A stretch of 52,841 bases of DNA from the NCBI GenBank assembly GCA_018398765.1, contig JAHBMJ010000240.1, forward strand, positions 1 through 52,841, written 5' to 3'. The notes beneath the pieces were generated by a model. The model was given only the letters and a program-made list of their open reading frames with translations. It was not told the DNA's origin and did not search any database. The stretch is from Chromera velia (taxonomy: Eukaryota). The position numbers were made by a program, and so were the translations under genes. Below are positions 12,130 to 22,618 of the stretch, one piece after another. Position 1 is the first letter of the stretch; every line of letters starts with the position of its first letter.

Positions 12130-13570
12130 AGATGTGAACAGAAGCCATTTGCACCTGTGGATAAAGCTAGGTAAGCAAGTGTGTGAACAGAAGTCGTTTG
12201 GACATGTAAATGAATGTTTGGGCATGTAGATGCATAGAGAAAGAGGGGCATGTAAAAGAAGTGTGTGCAGTAACAGAATCTGCTTAGGCCTGCAGATGGA
12301 TGAATGAAGAGAGACGGAGAGAGCGAGCGTGTTTATGAGTATGTATGAGTTTGTGAACAGAAGCCGGTTGGGCGTGCGGGCAAGACAAGGAGAACGAGTG
12401 TGTGAACAGAAGCCGCTTAGGCCCATGGATGAATGAAGAGAGATCAATTGTATGTCATTAAAGAAAAACCGCTTGGGCCGCTGGTTAGGCCTATGGATGA
12501 ATGAAGAGAGATCAAGTGTGTGAACAGAAACATACAGAAGCCGCTTGGGCCTATGGATGAGTGAAGAGAGACAGGGAGAACGAGTGTATGAACAGAAGCC
12601 GTTTGGGCGTGTGGGTGGATGAAGGGAGACAAAGAGATACAAGGAGAGCGAGTGTATGAACAGAAGCTGTTTGGGCGTGTGGGTGAATGAAGGGAGACAA
12701 GGAGATACAAGGAGAGCGAGTGTGTGAACAGAAGCTGCTTAGGCGTCTGGGTGAATGAAGGGAGATAAGGAGATATAAGGAGAGCGAGTGTGTGAACAGA
12801 AGCCGGTTGGGCGTGCAGGCAAAGAAAGAGAGACAAAGAGAACAAATATGTGAACAGAAGCTAGAAACAGAAGCCGTTTAGGCCCGTGAATGAATGAAGA
12901 GGGATCAATTGTGTGTCATTAAACAAAAGCCGCTCGGGCCTATGGCTAGGCCTGTGGATGAATGAAGAGATATGAAGTGCATAGACAGAAGCCGCTTGGG
13001 CTAGCGCTTGGGCCTGCTGATGAATTAAGAGAGATAGGGAAAGTGAGTGTGTGAACAGAAGCCGTTTGGGCATGTAGGTGAATGAAGAGAGACAAGGAGA
13101 TACAAAGAGAGTGAGTGTGTGAACAGAAGCCGCTTGGGCCTCATGCAGTGAATCAATGAAGAATAATGAAGAGAGACATGGAAAGCAAGTATGTAAACAG
13201 AAGCCGTTTGGGGCGTTACGACGGTGTGGGTGCATGAACACAGACAGGGAAAGCGAGTATGTGAACCGGTGTGAACAGGCTAGGTGAACAGGAGCCGGTT
13301 GGGCGTGTAGGTGAATGAAGAGGGACAAGGACTCGCACAAGCATGTCAGCAGAAGATATTTGCATGGGCATGTAGGTACCTGAATGAATAGAGATAGCCT
13401 ATCACTAAGAGAGAATGAGACTCAGTATGTAAACAGAACTTCAAGCCGCTAAGGCCTGTGGGTAAATAAGAATAAACGAAGAGAGACAGAGAGAGCGAGT
13501 ATATGAACAAAAGCCGTTGGGGCGTGTGGATGTGAGAGTATTAATGAAACCCGTTAACTTTGGGTATGTG
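12130..13570. repeat. Degenerate ~50-63 bp minisatellite array
   Basis: Recurring unit GAGTGTGTGAACAGAAGCCG(T/C)TTGGGCGTGTGGGTGAATGAAGRGAGACAAGGA. Confidence 0.9.
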
Positions 13571-14264
13571 GGTGAGTAATCAAAGAGAAACAGAAAAAAT
13601 AAGCGAGTAAGTGAGTGAGCAAGTGAGGCAGTGAGTGAGTGAATTCGAGTGAATTAGTGAGGAAAGCAAGAATGACTCAGTGAGTCAGTGACTAAGTGTG
13701 TTAGTGAGTGAGTAAGTGAGCACAATTCACTACAGCAACTAATACAGTAAGCGTAGCAAGCGTGTAGTTTAGGATTTGTATAACGTTATGTTCAAACATT
13801 TTATAGACTAGCTCACAGTCTCAGTCACAGCTAGATGATTTAAAAGAGTAAGTTGATAATAGAAGGCGTATATAATGTTTGGCTACTACATATACTACTA
13901 TGCTACTACTAGAATGGCCAAACTATAAATGAAAGTAAATGAAAGAAACATTACAGCATGTGTGTCTGTATATAAAAGACCTATATATTGACTCCGTAAA
14001 TAAAAAATAAAAATGTAAGTAGATTTAAGTGGGGAGCACTATGATTTTTTTTTTTTATAAGCAAAAATAAGTTGTTAAAGATTAATCAGTAATGTATTAC
14101 TGCAGTTACAATTTTATTTTCTCTTTCACGTTTATTCATGTTAACACCATGTATTAGTGAAGTCCTTGTACGCCATTAATTTTCTTATTAGCAAACTTGT
14201 TGAACGTATCTAATAGCAAAGCTCTTTTTATTTCTTCTTCTCAACCGTCTTGAAGCCCGTCCAG

Positions 14265-14499
14265 GGGACTCATACAAAATACTTTATGCAACGGCGTTGC
14301 ATAATGGTGTTACCCCCCCCCCCCNTTTCCCCCCCCCCCCACCAAAGCCATCAATTTGCTGGTTGCATAAGGCGGCGGCGTGTATGTATTGCATGCTAGA
14401 ACGCGGCGGCACCCAGAGGGACCACCTCCGCATAAGACCCTCCCCCCCTTCCAGCCCTCTTATGCAACGCCGTTGCATAAGGTATTTTGTATGAGCCCT
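14265..14499. mobile_element. MITE (235 bp) with ~40-bp TIRs containing an internal palindrome
   Basis: Left GGGACTCATACAAAATACTTTATGCAACGGCGTTGCATAA matches the reverse complement of right TTATGCAACGCCGTTGCATAAGGTATTTTGTATGAGCCCT. Flanked by direct repeat TCCAG (14260-14264, 14500-14504). Confidence 0.8.
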
Positions 14500-14719
14500 T
14501 CCAGCCGTCTCTGGCCCTCTACGGCATTTACAGATACCACGGCTACGCCTTTGCGCAGCTAACAACCGTAATTGAGGGTTTTGTCATGCATCATATATTA
14601 ATATGGGAAGGGGAACCTGTTGCATGCATGTACGACGATCATACTAGACGCACCTCTTAGTGCTCTCACCCTATCTCACCCCTGGGGGCCACGGCATGTC
14701 CCGTAGAAACATTACAATC

Positions 14720-14734
14720 AAACACGCACGCACG

Positions 14735-14775
<41 letters not shown>

Positions 14776-14923
14776 ACACACACACACATATATACATATA
14801 CACACATACACACACATACACACACGCACACATACACACACATACTTTTTTATATTGAAGATGAAAAGAAGAGCAAGAACGAGGAAGAAGATAGAGAGGG
14901 AGAGAGAGAGGGAGGGAGAGAGG

Positions 14924-14993
<70 letters not shown>

Positions 14994-15284
14994 CCATTTC
15001 GAAATCAACCGTTCGGAAGAGATAAGAAATTTTCATCTCCATCGTACATAGCTCCGGATCCAGACGTTGTGATTATTTGTAGAAGAAAAGAAGGTAGGGT
15101 AGAGATGAAAGTCTTGCTATACATACACTATACAATAAGATAAAAGAGGGATACATCGAACGTGTACGAATTCTTTCAAACATGGCTGGCGTACTCATTG
15201 GATTGGTCTATGGCTCAAAGAAAACAAACACGCATACACACCCCACTATCATGACATTGTACATTTACACAGTATACGCACGCA

Positions 15285-15332
<48 letters not shown>

Positions 15333-15347
15333 AAGAGAGAGAAGGAG

Positions 15348-15380
<33 letters not shown>

Positions 15381-15567
15381 AAGAGAAGGAGAAAGAAGGG
15401 GAAAAGAAAAGGAGAGAGAGAAGAGAAGACAAACAAAAGGGTCAAAAGAAGGGAGGGAGGGAAAGAGAGACAGACTATATGGTTTCTTTCCGAGAGGCAG
15501 TTTCCTACTCTTGGTGAACACACACATACACACACACACACATACACATACACACACACATACACAC

Positions 15568-15611
<44 letters not shown>

Positions 15612-15671
15612 ACACATATATACACACACACACACACACACATACATACATACACATATATACACACACAC

Positions 15672-15711
<40 letters not shown>

Positions 15712-15741
15712 CGAGGGACAGAAGGGGAGAGAGAGAGAGAG

Positions 15742-15792
<51 letters not shown>

Positions 15793-15805
15793 GAGACAAA
15801 GAGAC

Positions 15806-15848
<43 letters not shown>

Positions 15849-16370
15849 AGCAGAAAAAGGGAAGGAGACAGAGAAAAGGAGGTCAAAACAAATATATACC
15901 ACGGTGACTGCACAAAAGCCAACGGAAGCCTCGTTCACAGAATGATATTTTTTGCTGGATGGTCTATAAGGTTACTCATTCAAGCACGTACACGCAGAGA
16001 AAGAAAGAGAAAGACATGAAAAACGGAGAGAATAGGAGACAGAGAGACAGATACTGTTAGGAGCAGGGAGAAAGAAGACGGGGAGTGAGTTAAAGTAAAG
16101 AAGACAGGGCGAGAGAGGAAAATTTATAAATCAATGTGCCATTGTGCAAGGACACACACATTCCAGACCCCCGACGGCACTTCAGCTCACAGAGTGACTA
16201 CCAGATATACGCACAAACACATATGCGTGCACACACAAAACACGTATACAACACGCATACACACACATACACACACACACATACATACAGAGGGGAGAGA
16301 GAAGGGGGGGGGGGAGAGAGAGAGAAAGACTCTGAGAGAGAGAGAGAGAGAAGAGAGAGAGAGGCTCTCG
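14720..16370. repeat. Cluster of compound (CA)n-(GA)n microsatellites
   Basis: Repeated CA-then-GA tracts at about 14720-14990, 15280-15470, 15517-15850 and 16230-16360. The long ORFs here are dinucleotide artefacts. Confidence 0.9.
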
Positions 16371-16942
16371 TCGATATGCTTGCCTCTACTGGCTCGGATA
16401 AAGAGTGTCACTCAGATTCGTCTCCTTTATATGGGTCCTTTCTACGAGTTCTTTCTTCCATCTCTCCCTCGCACCAACTCATAGCCAGCAACATGCAGAC
16501 ATCCTTAGAAACATACACGAAGAGAGCAAGCGAAAGCACTCAAAAATGAAAACGCCCCTGCTCCCACATATCCTGACCTGTTGAAGAGAAGTGAAACAGG
16601 GACGGAGACGGGATGATCGAACAAAAGAATGTGAAAAAGAACCGGAAGTTTTCGCAGTAAGTTGGGAGCTCGTTTGTTCGATCACATGAAGTTAGCCAAG
16701 CAGGGGTAATGTGTTTTCAACATGCTGTGCTTATATACTTCAAAGATTGAATAAGATTGATGCTCTCACAAGGATGTGATGAATCGCGTGTCGTGCATGT
16801 TATAGCGTCGTCGGAAGTTTTGCATGCAGCAGCGCAGGTTTTCAACCATTTTCAACCCTAGTGTGAAAAATGTGCATATTGGTGTCTTGAAAAGTGGGTA
16901 CAAAATGTGGTTGTATTAATTGAGGGGATTATACGGCCGATC

Positions 16943-16992
16943 GACCCCCCAAATGGCCCCCCGAGGCACTCACCCAACTGGTTGGGTGTATC
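16943..16992 (+). mobile_element. Isolated 3' terminus of the HINE-like family
   Basis: GACCCCCCAAATGGCCCCCCGAGGCACTCACCCAACTGGTTGGGTGTATC: 3' subTIR followed by a perfect 8-bp-stem hairpin. Confidence 0.6.
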
Positions 16993-17322
16993 CCGTTAAT
17001 ATATGCGTGCGTGCATGCAGATCGACTCCAATTTGAATGCTCAATTATGAATATAATTGCAAAGCACCGTTCGGAATTAAGTAACTGCGTGAAATGTGCT
17101 TGGACAGACCCCGGATTCTTACGGGAAGTCCTGAAGTGCATCATACTGCAGCATGATATTCATAGAACACACTGAACTTCTCAGAAAGATCGATTGCAAA
17201 TTTGCCACAGCGTAAAGTGAAGAACAGTCTCCTGACGGGATATGGATGCATGGATGCATGCAAGCATGCTGTTCTGACAGCAATTGACAATAGTCCACTC
17301 CCACCCCTCTTTGCTCTGAGAC

Positions 17323-18453
17323 ATGTGGAAACCTCTGGCTCGTCTAGGCTTTCCTGGAGGGGTTTTCAGAGCTGCAAGGTCGTGTCTGAGCACAATGAGC
17401 CGCTTTCAAATTGGTTTGGGTTGTGCAGGACGGGACCTTCCAAAACCAGGTGACAATACCGGCGTTCCGTCCGCCGTTGGAATTGGACGTCCACGTGAAG
17501 ATTCCAGAAGTCGGAGGTTTGTTCCCGTGGTTCCTCCAACAGCTGGTGCCCTCATTGGATGGGAAGCGAGCAGAGATGGATTCCTTCGTAACACACGAGG
17601 GAAAATCACTCCAGGCTCTGCAAACAAAGTGTCAGGCTACCTCAGAGTTTGGTGCTCAAAAATCAAGAAGAGCCTGTATGTACACAGAATCATTGCCTGT
17701 ACCTTTTTTAATGCACAGAAGACTGAAAAGATGGCCTCATTCCCGTGTGTGAGGCTTCAAGTCGATCACAAAGATGGAGACCGGCAAAACAATGCAGCAG
17801 ATAATCTTGATTGGAAGACTCCCGCAGAACATCGGAGAAAAACAGTTGCCTGCCTCCCAGGGCCACCGTCTTTGCGAACAGATGCCATTTCGGTCTTCGC
17901 AAGAAATCTTGCCACAGATGAGCAGGTTGAGTTCCGTGGTCTGGACAAGTGTGCAAGATCTTTTGGGGTATCGTGCTCGCGATTGACAAAAGGGTTCAGG
18001 TTTGGTAGGGAGTTGCGTCTGAAGGGCTGGGTCTTGACACCCGATCCCGAGAAGGTTGATGTGATCTCAGGGGAGATTTTCAGGGAGCTCGATTTCTCTG
18101 GAAAAGGCGTGAATCACGCCAAAGTGACAACACTGGAAGTATCCAACATGGGTCGTATCCGAAAAGGGGGCCTGTGGATCACAAAAGGATCCAATCATGT
18201 TTACAAGCTGGTGAAAGTTTTGGGGAGACAATATCATGTCCACCGCCTCGTCGGTGAAGCCTTCCTTTCTGAGCAGAAAAAGGGCCTTGTCGCAGGAGGG
18301 GCAATTGAAAGTTCTTTGGAAATTGATCACATTGACGGGGACCCAGCAAACAACAATTTCCAGAATCTGCAGTGGGTGACCCGAAGTATGCACATGAAAG
18401 CCACCTTTCAGCGGCGAAAACAAAATACAGAAAGCCAACAGACTAATTTGTGA
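17323..18453 (+). CDS. Intronless 376-aa protein with two NUMOD4-HNH endonuclease modules separated by a NUMOD1/IENR1-like HTH
   Basis: Module 1: EASRDGFLRN..GYLRV..YVHRIIACTF..VDHKDGDRQNNAADNLDW. Linker: VFARNLATDEQVEFRGLDKCARSFGVS. Module 2: EVSNMGRIR..YHVHRLVGEAF..IDHIDGDPANNNFQNLQWVT. Confidence 0.88.
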   Translation: MWKPLARLGFPGGVFRAARSCLSTMSRFQIGLGCAGRDLPKPGDNTGVPSAVGIGRPREDSRSRRFVPVVPPTAGALIGWEASRDGFLRNTRGKITPGSANKVSGYLRVWCSKIKKSLYVHRIIACTFFNAQKTEKMASFPCVRLQVDHKDGDRQNNAADNLDWKTPAEHRRKTVACLPGPPSLRTDAISVFARNLATDEQVEFRGLDKCARSFGVSCSRLTKGFRFGRELRLKGWVLTPDPEKVDVISGEIFRELDFSGKGVNHAKVTTLEVSNMGRIRKGGLWITKGSNHVYKLVKVLGRQYHVHRLVGEAFLSEQKKGLVAGGAIESSLEIDHIDGDPANNNFQNLQWVTRSMHMKATFQRRKQNTESQQTNL

Positions 18454-18984
18454 CTTCGAGATAATCCGTTGTTCAGAAAGAAACAGAGAGTCAGGAGACA
18501 GAAAATGGGATCAAAAGCTTCGGCCAATGCGTGGGCAGAAGGCCTGCAGGGAAAGCAGGGAGAATACACTGAAACATCTGCAGAAACTTTCATCAAGAGA
18601 CTTCGAGCAGGACTCAGTAGTCAAAGAAAGACCTAGACTCGAAGCCTGCCAGCGACGTCTGGAAGATCTCCAAATTTTGTTTCGCAGTATGACTCTGAAA
18701 AGACCTTCAGGGACCTTCTTGCATGGTGAAAGCAAGCTAGAATTTCAAAAGCGAATGGAGATACATATGTATTCTTTTTGTGGACTTCAAACCGCATGTG
18801 AGTTTGTGACTTTGTGATTTTGTGAGTGAATAAGTGAGTGAGTGAGTGAGTGTGTATGTGAGTGAGTATGTGAGTGAGTGAGTGAGTGAGTGAGTGAGTG
18901 TGTGTGTGTGTGTGTGTGTGTGCGTGCGTGCGTGTGCGTGCGTGCGTGCGTGTGTGTGTGTGTGTGTGTGTGTTTGTGTGTGTA

Positions 18985-19018
<34 letters not shown>

Positions 19019-19860
19019 GTGTTCTCTTTCTCTATCTCTCTATTAGTAAACTTTTTCAATTGATGGGAAGTCTCTAGAGGGAAATCTTGTGTGGGGACTA
19101 GTGTGGGGAATCTGTCTCAAAATTCCATTTTTGAGGGAAAATTTTCCTACAGACAAATTTCCATAAATTTGGTATAAATTCGCCAAATCATGGAAATGAT
19201 CAGGAATTTTATGGAAATGATTGTCTAGATGATTGTAAAGATTTTAGATGCCAGGTAGGATTTTAACTATAAGAGTCTTACTGGCGCTGCTCTAGGCGCT
19301 GCTACTACTACTTGTGCTACTAGCGCATTGATATAACCTAGGACATAACAATCAACTATATATTAATTAATTGATCTTCAAAAGCCTTGAAGTTAAGTTT
19401 GTTTGAGTTTAACTCTAAGTATATACTGCCAAGTATAATTCTTTATGCTTTCTAACAGAAAATAAAGTGTGAAACTAAGTGTGAAAAGCTTTAATACTCA
19501 ATGTTATTACCCCTTTTAAAATTTTTATAATTTCAGCTAGAATTTCAAGGCGATATTCTAATTAATATAACTTTAAAAACTCGTCAAAAAACTTTACTAC
19601 TATTCTGTACCACTGGTCGTCCTGCATTGATCAAATTCTTTGTTAAATAAATGATTATTGATCATAATTGATCAAACAAGTTCTAGCTTAATTCGCGGCT
19701 GTATGACACATAGATCGATATTATTATACATATTAATTTTAAAGTTTGAGCAAAAGACTTGAACTTAATTGAAAATAAGAACAACAACAACAACGACAAC
19801 AACAACAACAACTAGAAAAACAAGGCAAGATGAGAAGCCTTGTACAGAGATTGTTTTTTC

Positions 19861-20526
19861 TTAAGTCTGGTGGTCTGGAAAAACCTCGTTTTCGATTCCT
19901 TGAGAGCCCTCCGTTTGCGTTGCGGTCAGTCGAAGGGAAGCATGAGGGGCCGAGGCTGCAAGACGCACTTCAGAGACTGGCACACGGAATGGCATGAGGC
20001 CAGGTTGCAGAACTGGGCACAAACATCCCTCAACCACAGTGCCACAGAATTTGCCTTTCGGAGCTCCAGTTCTGATCAGGACGCTATGTGAAGTGGTGCC
20101 AGATGGACCCTCCAAAGGACGCCTCCACTCTCCCAAGGCCTCCGCGGAACTCGTCAAGTGCGTACCGCTCTTCGTCATGTTAGTCTTCTTACTCCTATCT
20201 GCCCCTTTTGGGGAGACTCTTTGTGTCCCCAGCCCTGCGCTTCCCGTCTCTCCCAGAGAACCGTGAGACCGATAGGTGTGGGAATCTACAGGGTCAAACT
20301 TGTCATTCAAATACTTGCTTCTCCCCCTTTCTCTTCTACAACCCGTCTGGGTCATTTTTAAATTCGGAAGTCGAAAGTGGTGACTTTCACTTTGCTTGCC
20401 TGTCTCCGTCCTATTCATGCCCTCCTCTTCCACAACCCTCCCGTTACCGTCGGTGGCGTCATGCTGAAGGACGGGGGACGAGGAGTCAGAGAGATCATGA
20501 ACATCCTGCAAGGCACACACACACAC

Positions 20527-20569
<43 letters not shown>

Positions 20570-22559
20570 CAGACAGACAGACAGACAGACAGACAGAAAT
20601 TATTTTTGGCCGAAAGAGTTTGCCAAACATAAATCCTGCTTTCTTGCAAAAGCAGACGGACTGACGCAGCATTTGAAGGCTTCTTTCCTCTGCGTATGCC
20701 GGGCTTACCGGCAGACTGTGCGGAGAATTGATGGAAGTCTGTTGTAAAAAATACAGGGTGACAAATCCCAAAACAGAAGGGAGATCCTTCTTCAGAAACG
20801 AGGGCATGGCTGTTTAAAAAAAAGGGGAGCCCAGCTTTCAGAGTGGAGACAGGGTCAAGCCAGTGCAGATCAACAAATCCTGAATTGGGGGAGTGTAGGA
20901 AGATGCATGACGTCGACATATGCACATTTACATCCATAAGGAACTCGACGGCAGACTCACTGACTCTTTCTGCATCCTCAGAGGGCAAACACGCAACTGT
21001 GTGCCTCTGCAGAAGTTGACGAGGTGGATTCTGCGTTCCCGTGCGGCCGTCTCGAGGAGGGGAGCGACTTTTGGGAGAGTGTGAGCCGACGCATGCGAGC
21101 GACAGTTTTGCCAACTGAGGAAGCCGGGGAAGGGATAGCGATGCCCCCGAGTTTTTCTGAGCTCCGTTTCCTCTCAACTCCTCTGTCACCCCTTCTTCTT
21201 GTCCCTCCTGCCGCTGCTTTCGACTTTGGTGGCGCCATCCGTCAGGTGCTATAACTGACGGTTGCGTGTCTGTTTGCACAGCTGAGTGCCTTAGGTATCT
21301 CTTCCTTTTGGGGGCTGTGGGCTGAGGTGCATCTGTCTGCGCGCTTGTCTCTATTCGTCTCGAGGGGTGTGGCGGTGACGATTCTTTTGGGTCAGATGCC
21401 GTCTCGTTTGACGGTAGGTGTTCTGAACAGTCAGAAGCGGGTAAAAGAGCAATTGTGATGCCGTCAGCTCCTTGATAAAATCTCGTACCGACTGAAGCTG
21501 GTTGAGTCGGCCGTGGAGTTTCTGTGAGGTGAGAGGGAGACGCCTCAGTTGGCTGGTTTGAGACCCGTGCTCTTGCAGAAGGGGGGTGCATCTTGGAGAC
21601 CAAAACATTGGAAGGCATCAGAGGGTCACGGAACTCAGAGTGGAACAGAAGAGAGGCAATCAATGTCTGCGGCTCTAGAGAAGGGCTCGGGGTAGCCGTC
21701 CTTCCAACCGTTCTGCGTCCTCCATGCCTTCTTCTTCTTGTATCATCTGAAAGGGGAGGGAAGTCATTGCCGTCGTCCAGTAGAGAGCCAGACGGGCGAA
21801 GAAAATTTGACTCTCCGTCTTCATGGAGACGAGTGCCGTTGTTTGAAAGACCAAATCGCACGGGGGACAGAAACCTCGAATTCGCGTCCTGTCCCTGAAG
21901 AGATGAAGTCGAAGGCGCATGTGGCGCATCCCGTGCATGATCCTGCCTCACACCCTGCGTGGCGTCTGAGAACGTGACACCGGCACTGGGATCTCTCCGT
22001 TGTGACGAAATGCGACGGTCTTTCTCTTTTTCTTTCTCTTCTCTGCCGTCTCGCACTTCTGTGTCCCCTCCTGCAGGTCCATCACTTGTTGTTTGTCTCT
22101 GTGCCGCATTCTGTCGATTCTCTTCTCTTCTTGTGGAGATGTTCCCTGCTTGATTGGAGGACTGCAGGCGGTCAGCCTTTCTTTCTGACGCCTTTGCGGG
22201 AGATTTGTCTTTCTCGACAGCCACCTGCGGCTTTTTGTGCTGAGCGGCTGCGGGCCTCGGTGAGTTTTCCTGCTCCTCCTGTTGCCTGTTCTTGCCCAAC
22301 GCCAAAAGGGCTCGACTGAGGGACTGCTTTTCCTTTTGATGGACGGGACCAGAAGAAGAAGGAGGGGCTTCAAGAGCCTGCATGAACAAGGAAAGGAAGG
22401 AATGAAGGAAGAATGAAGCAGGAGAGGTTTGGAAGGGGAGAATATGAAGAGTTGAGAATTTGAATGTATAGAATTGGACGTTTTACCGTCATACGTGCTC
22501 GATCACACACGCAAACAAACACACACACACACACACACACACAAACAAACACACACACA

Positions 22560-22618
<59 letters not shown>

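Noticed and set aside
12130..13570. CRISPR-like array (recurring GAACAGAAGCCG)
   Set aside because: The intervening sequences are homologous to one another, there are no cas genes and the context is eukaryotic, so it is a minisatellite.
14660..16549. Long ORFs rich in HT/ER/CV/SL repeats
   Set aside because: They are translations of (CA)n/(GA)n microsatellites.
16943..18453. HNH gene as cargo of the HINE-like element
   Set aside because: The ORF lies outside, downstream of the element's 3' hairpin, and no second terminus was found beyond it.
18454..18817. Read-through extension or partner ORF of the HNH gene
   Set aside because: The frame stays open ~60 codons after the TGA and a 96-aa ORF overlaps it, but neither has recognisable motifs; compatible with chance.
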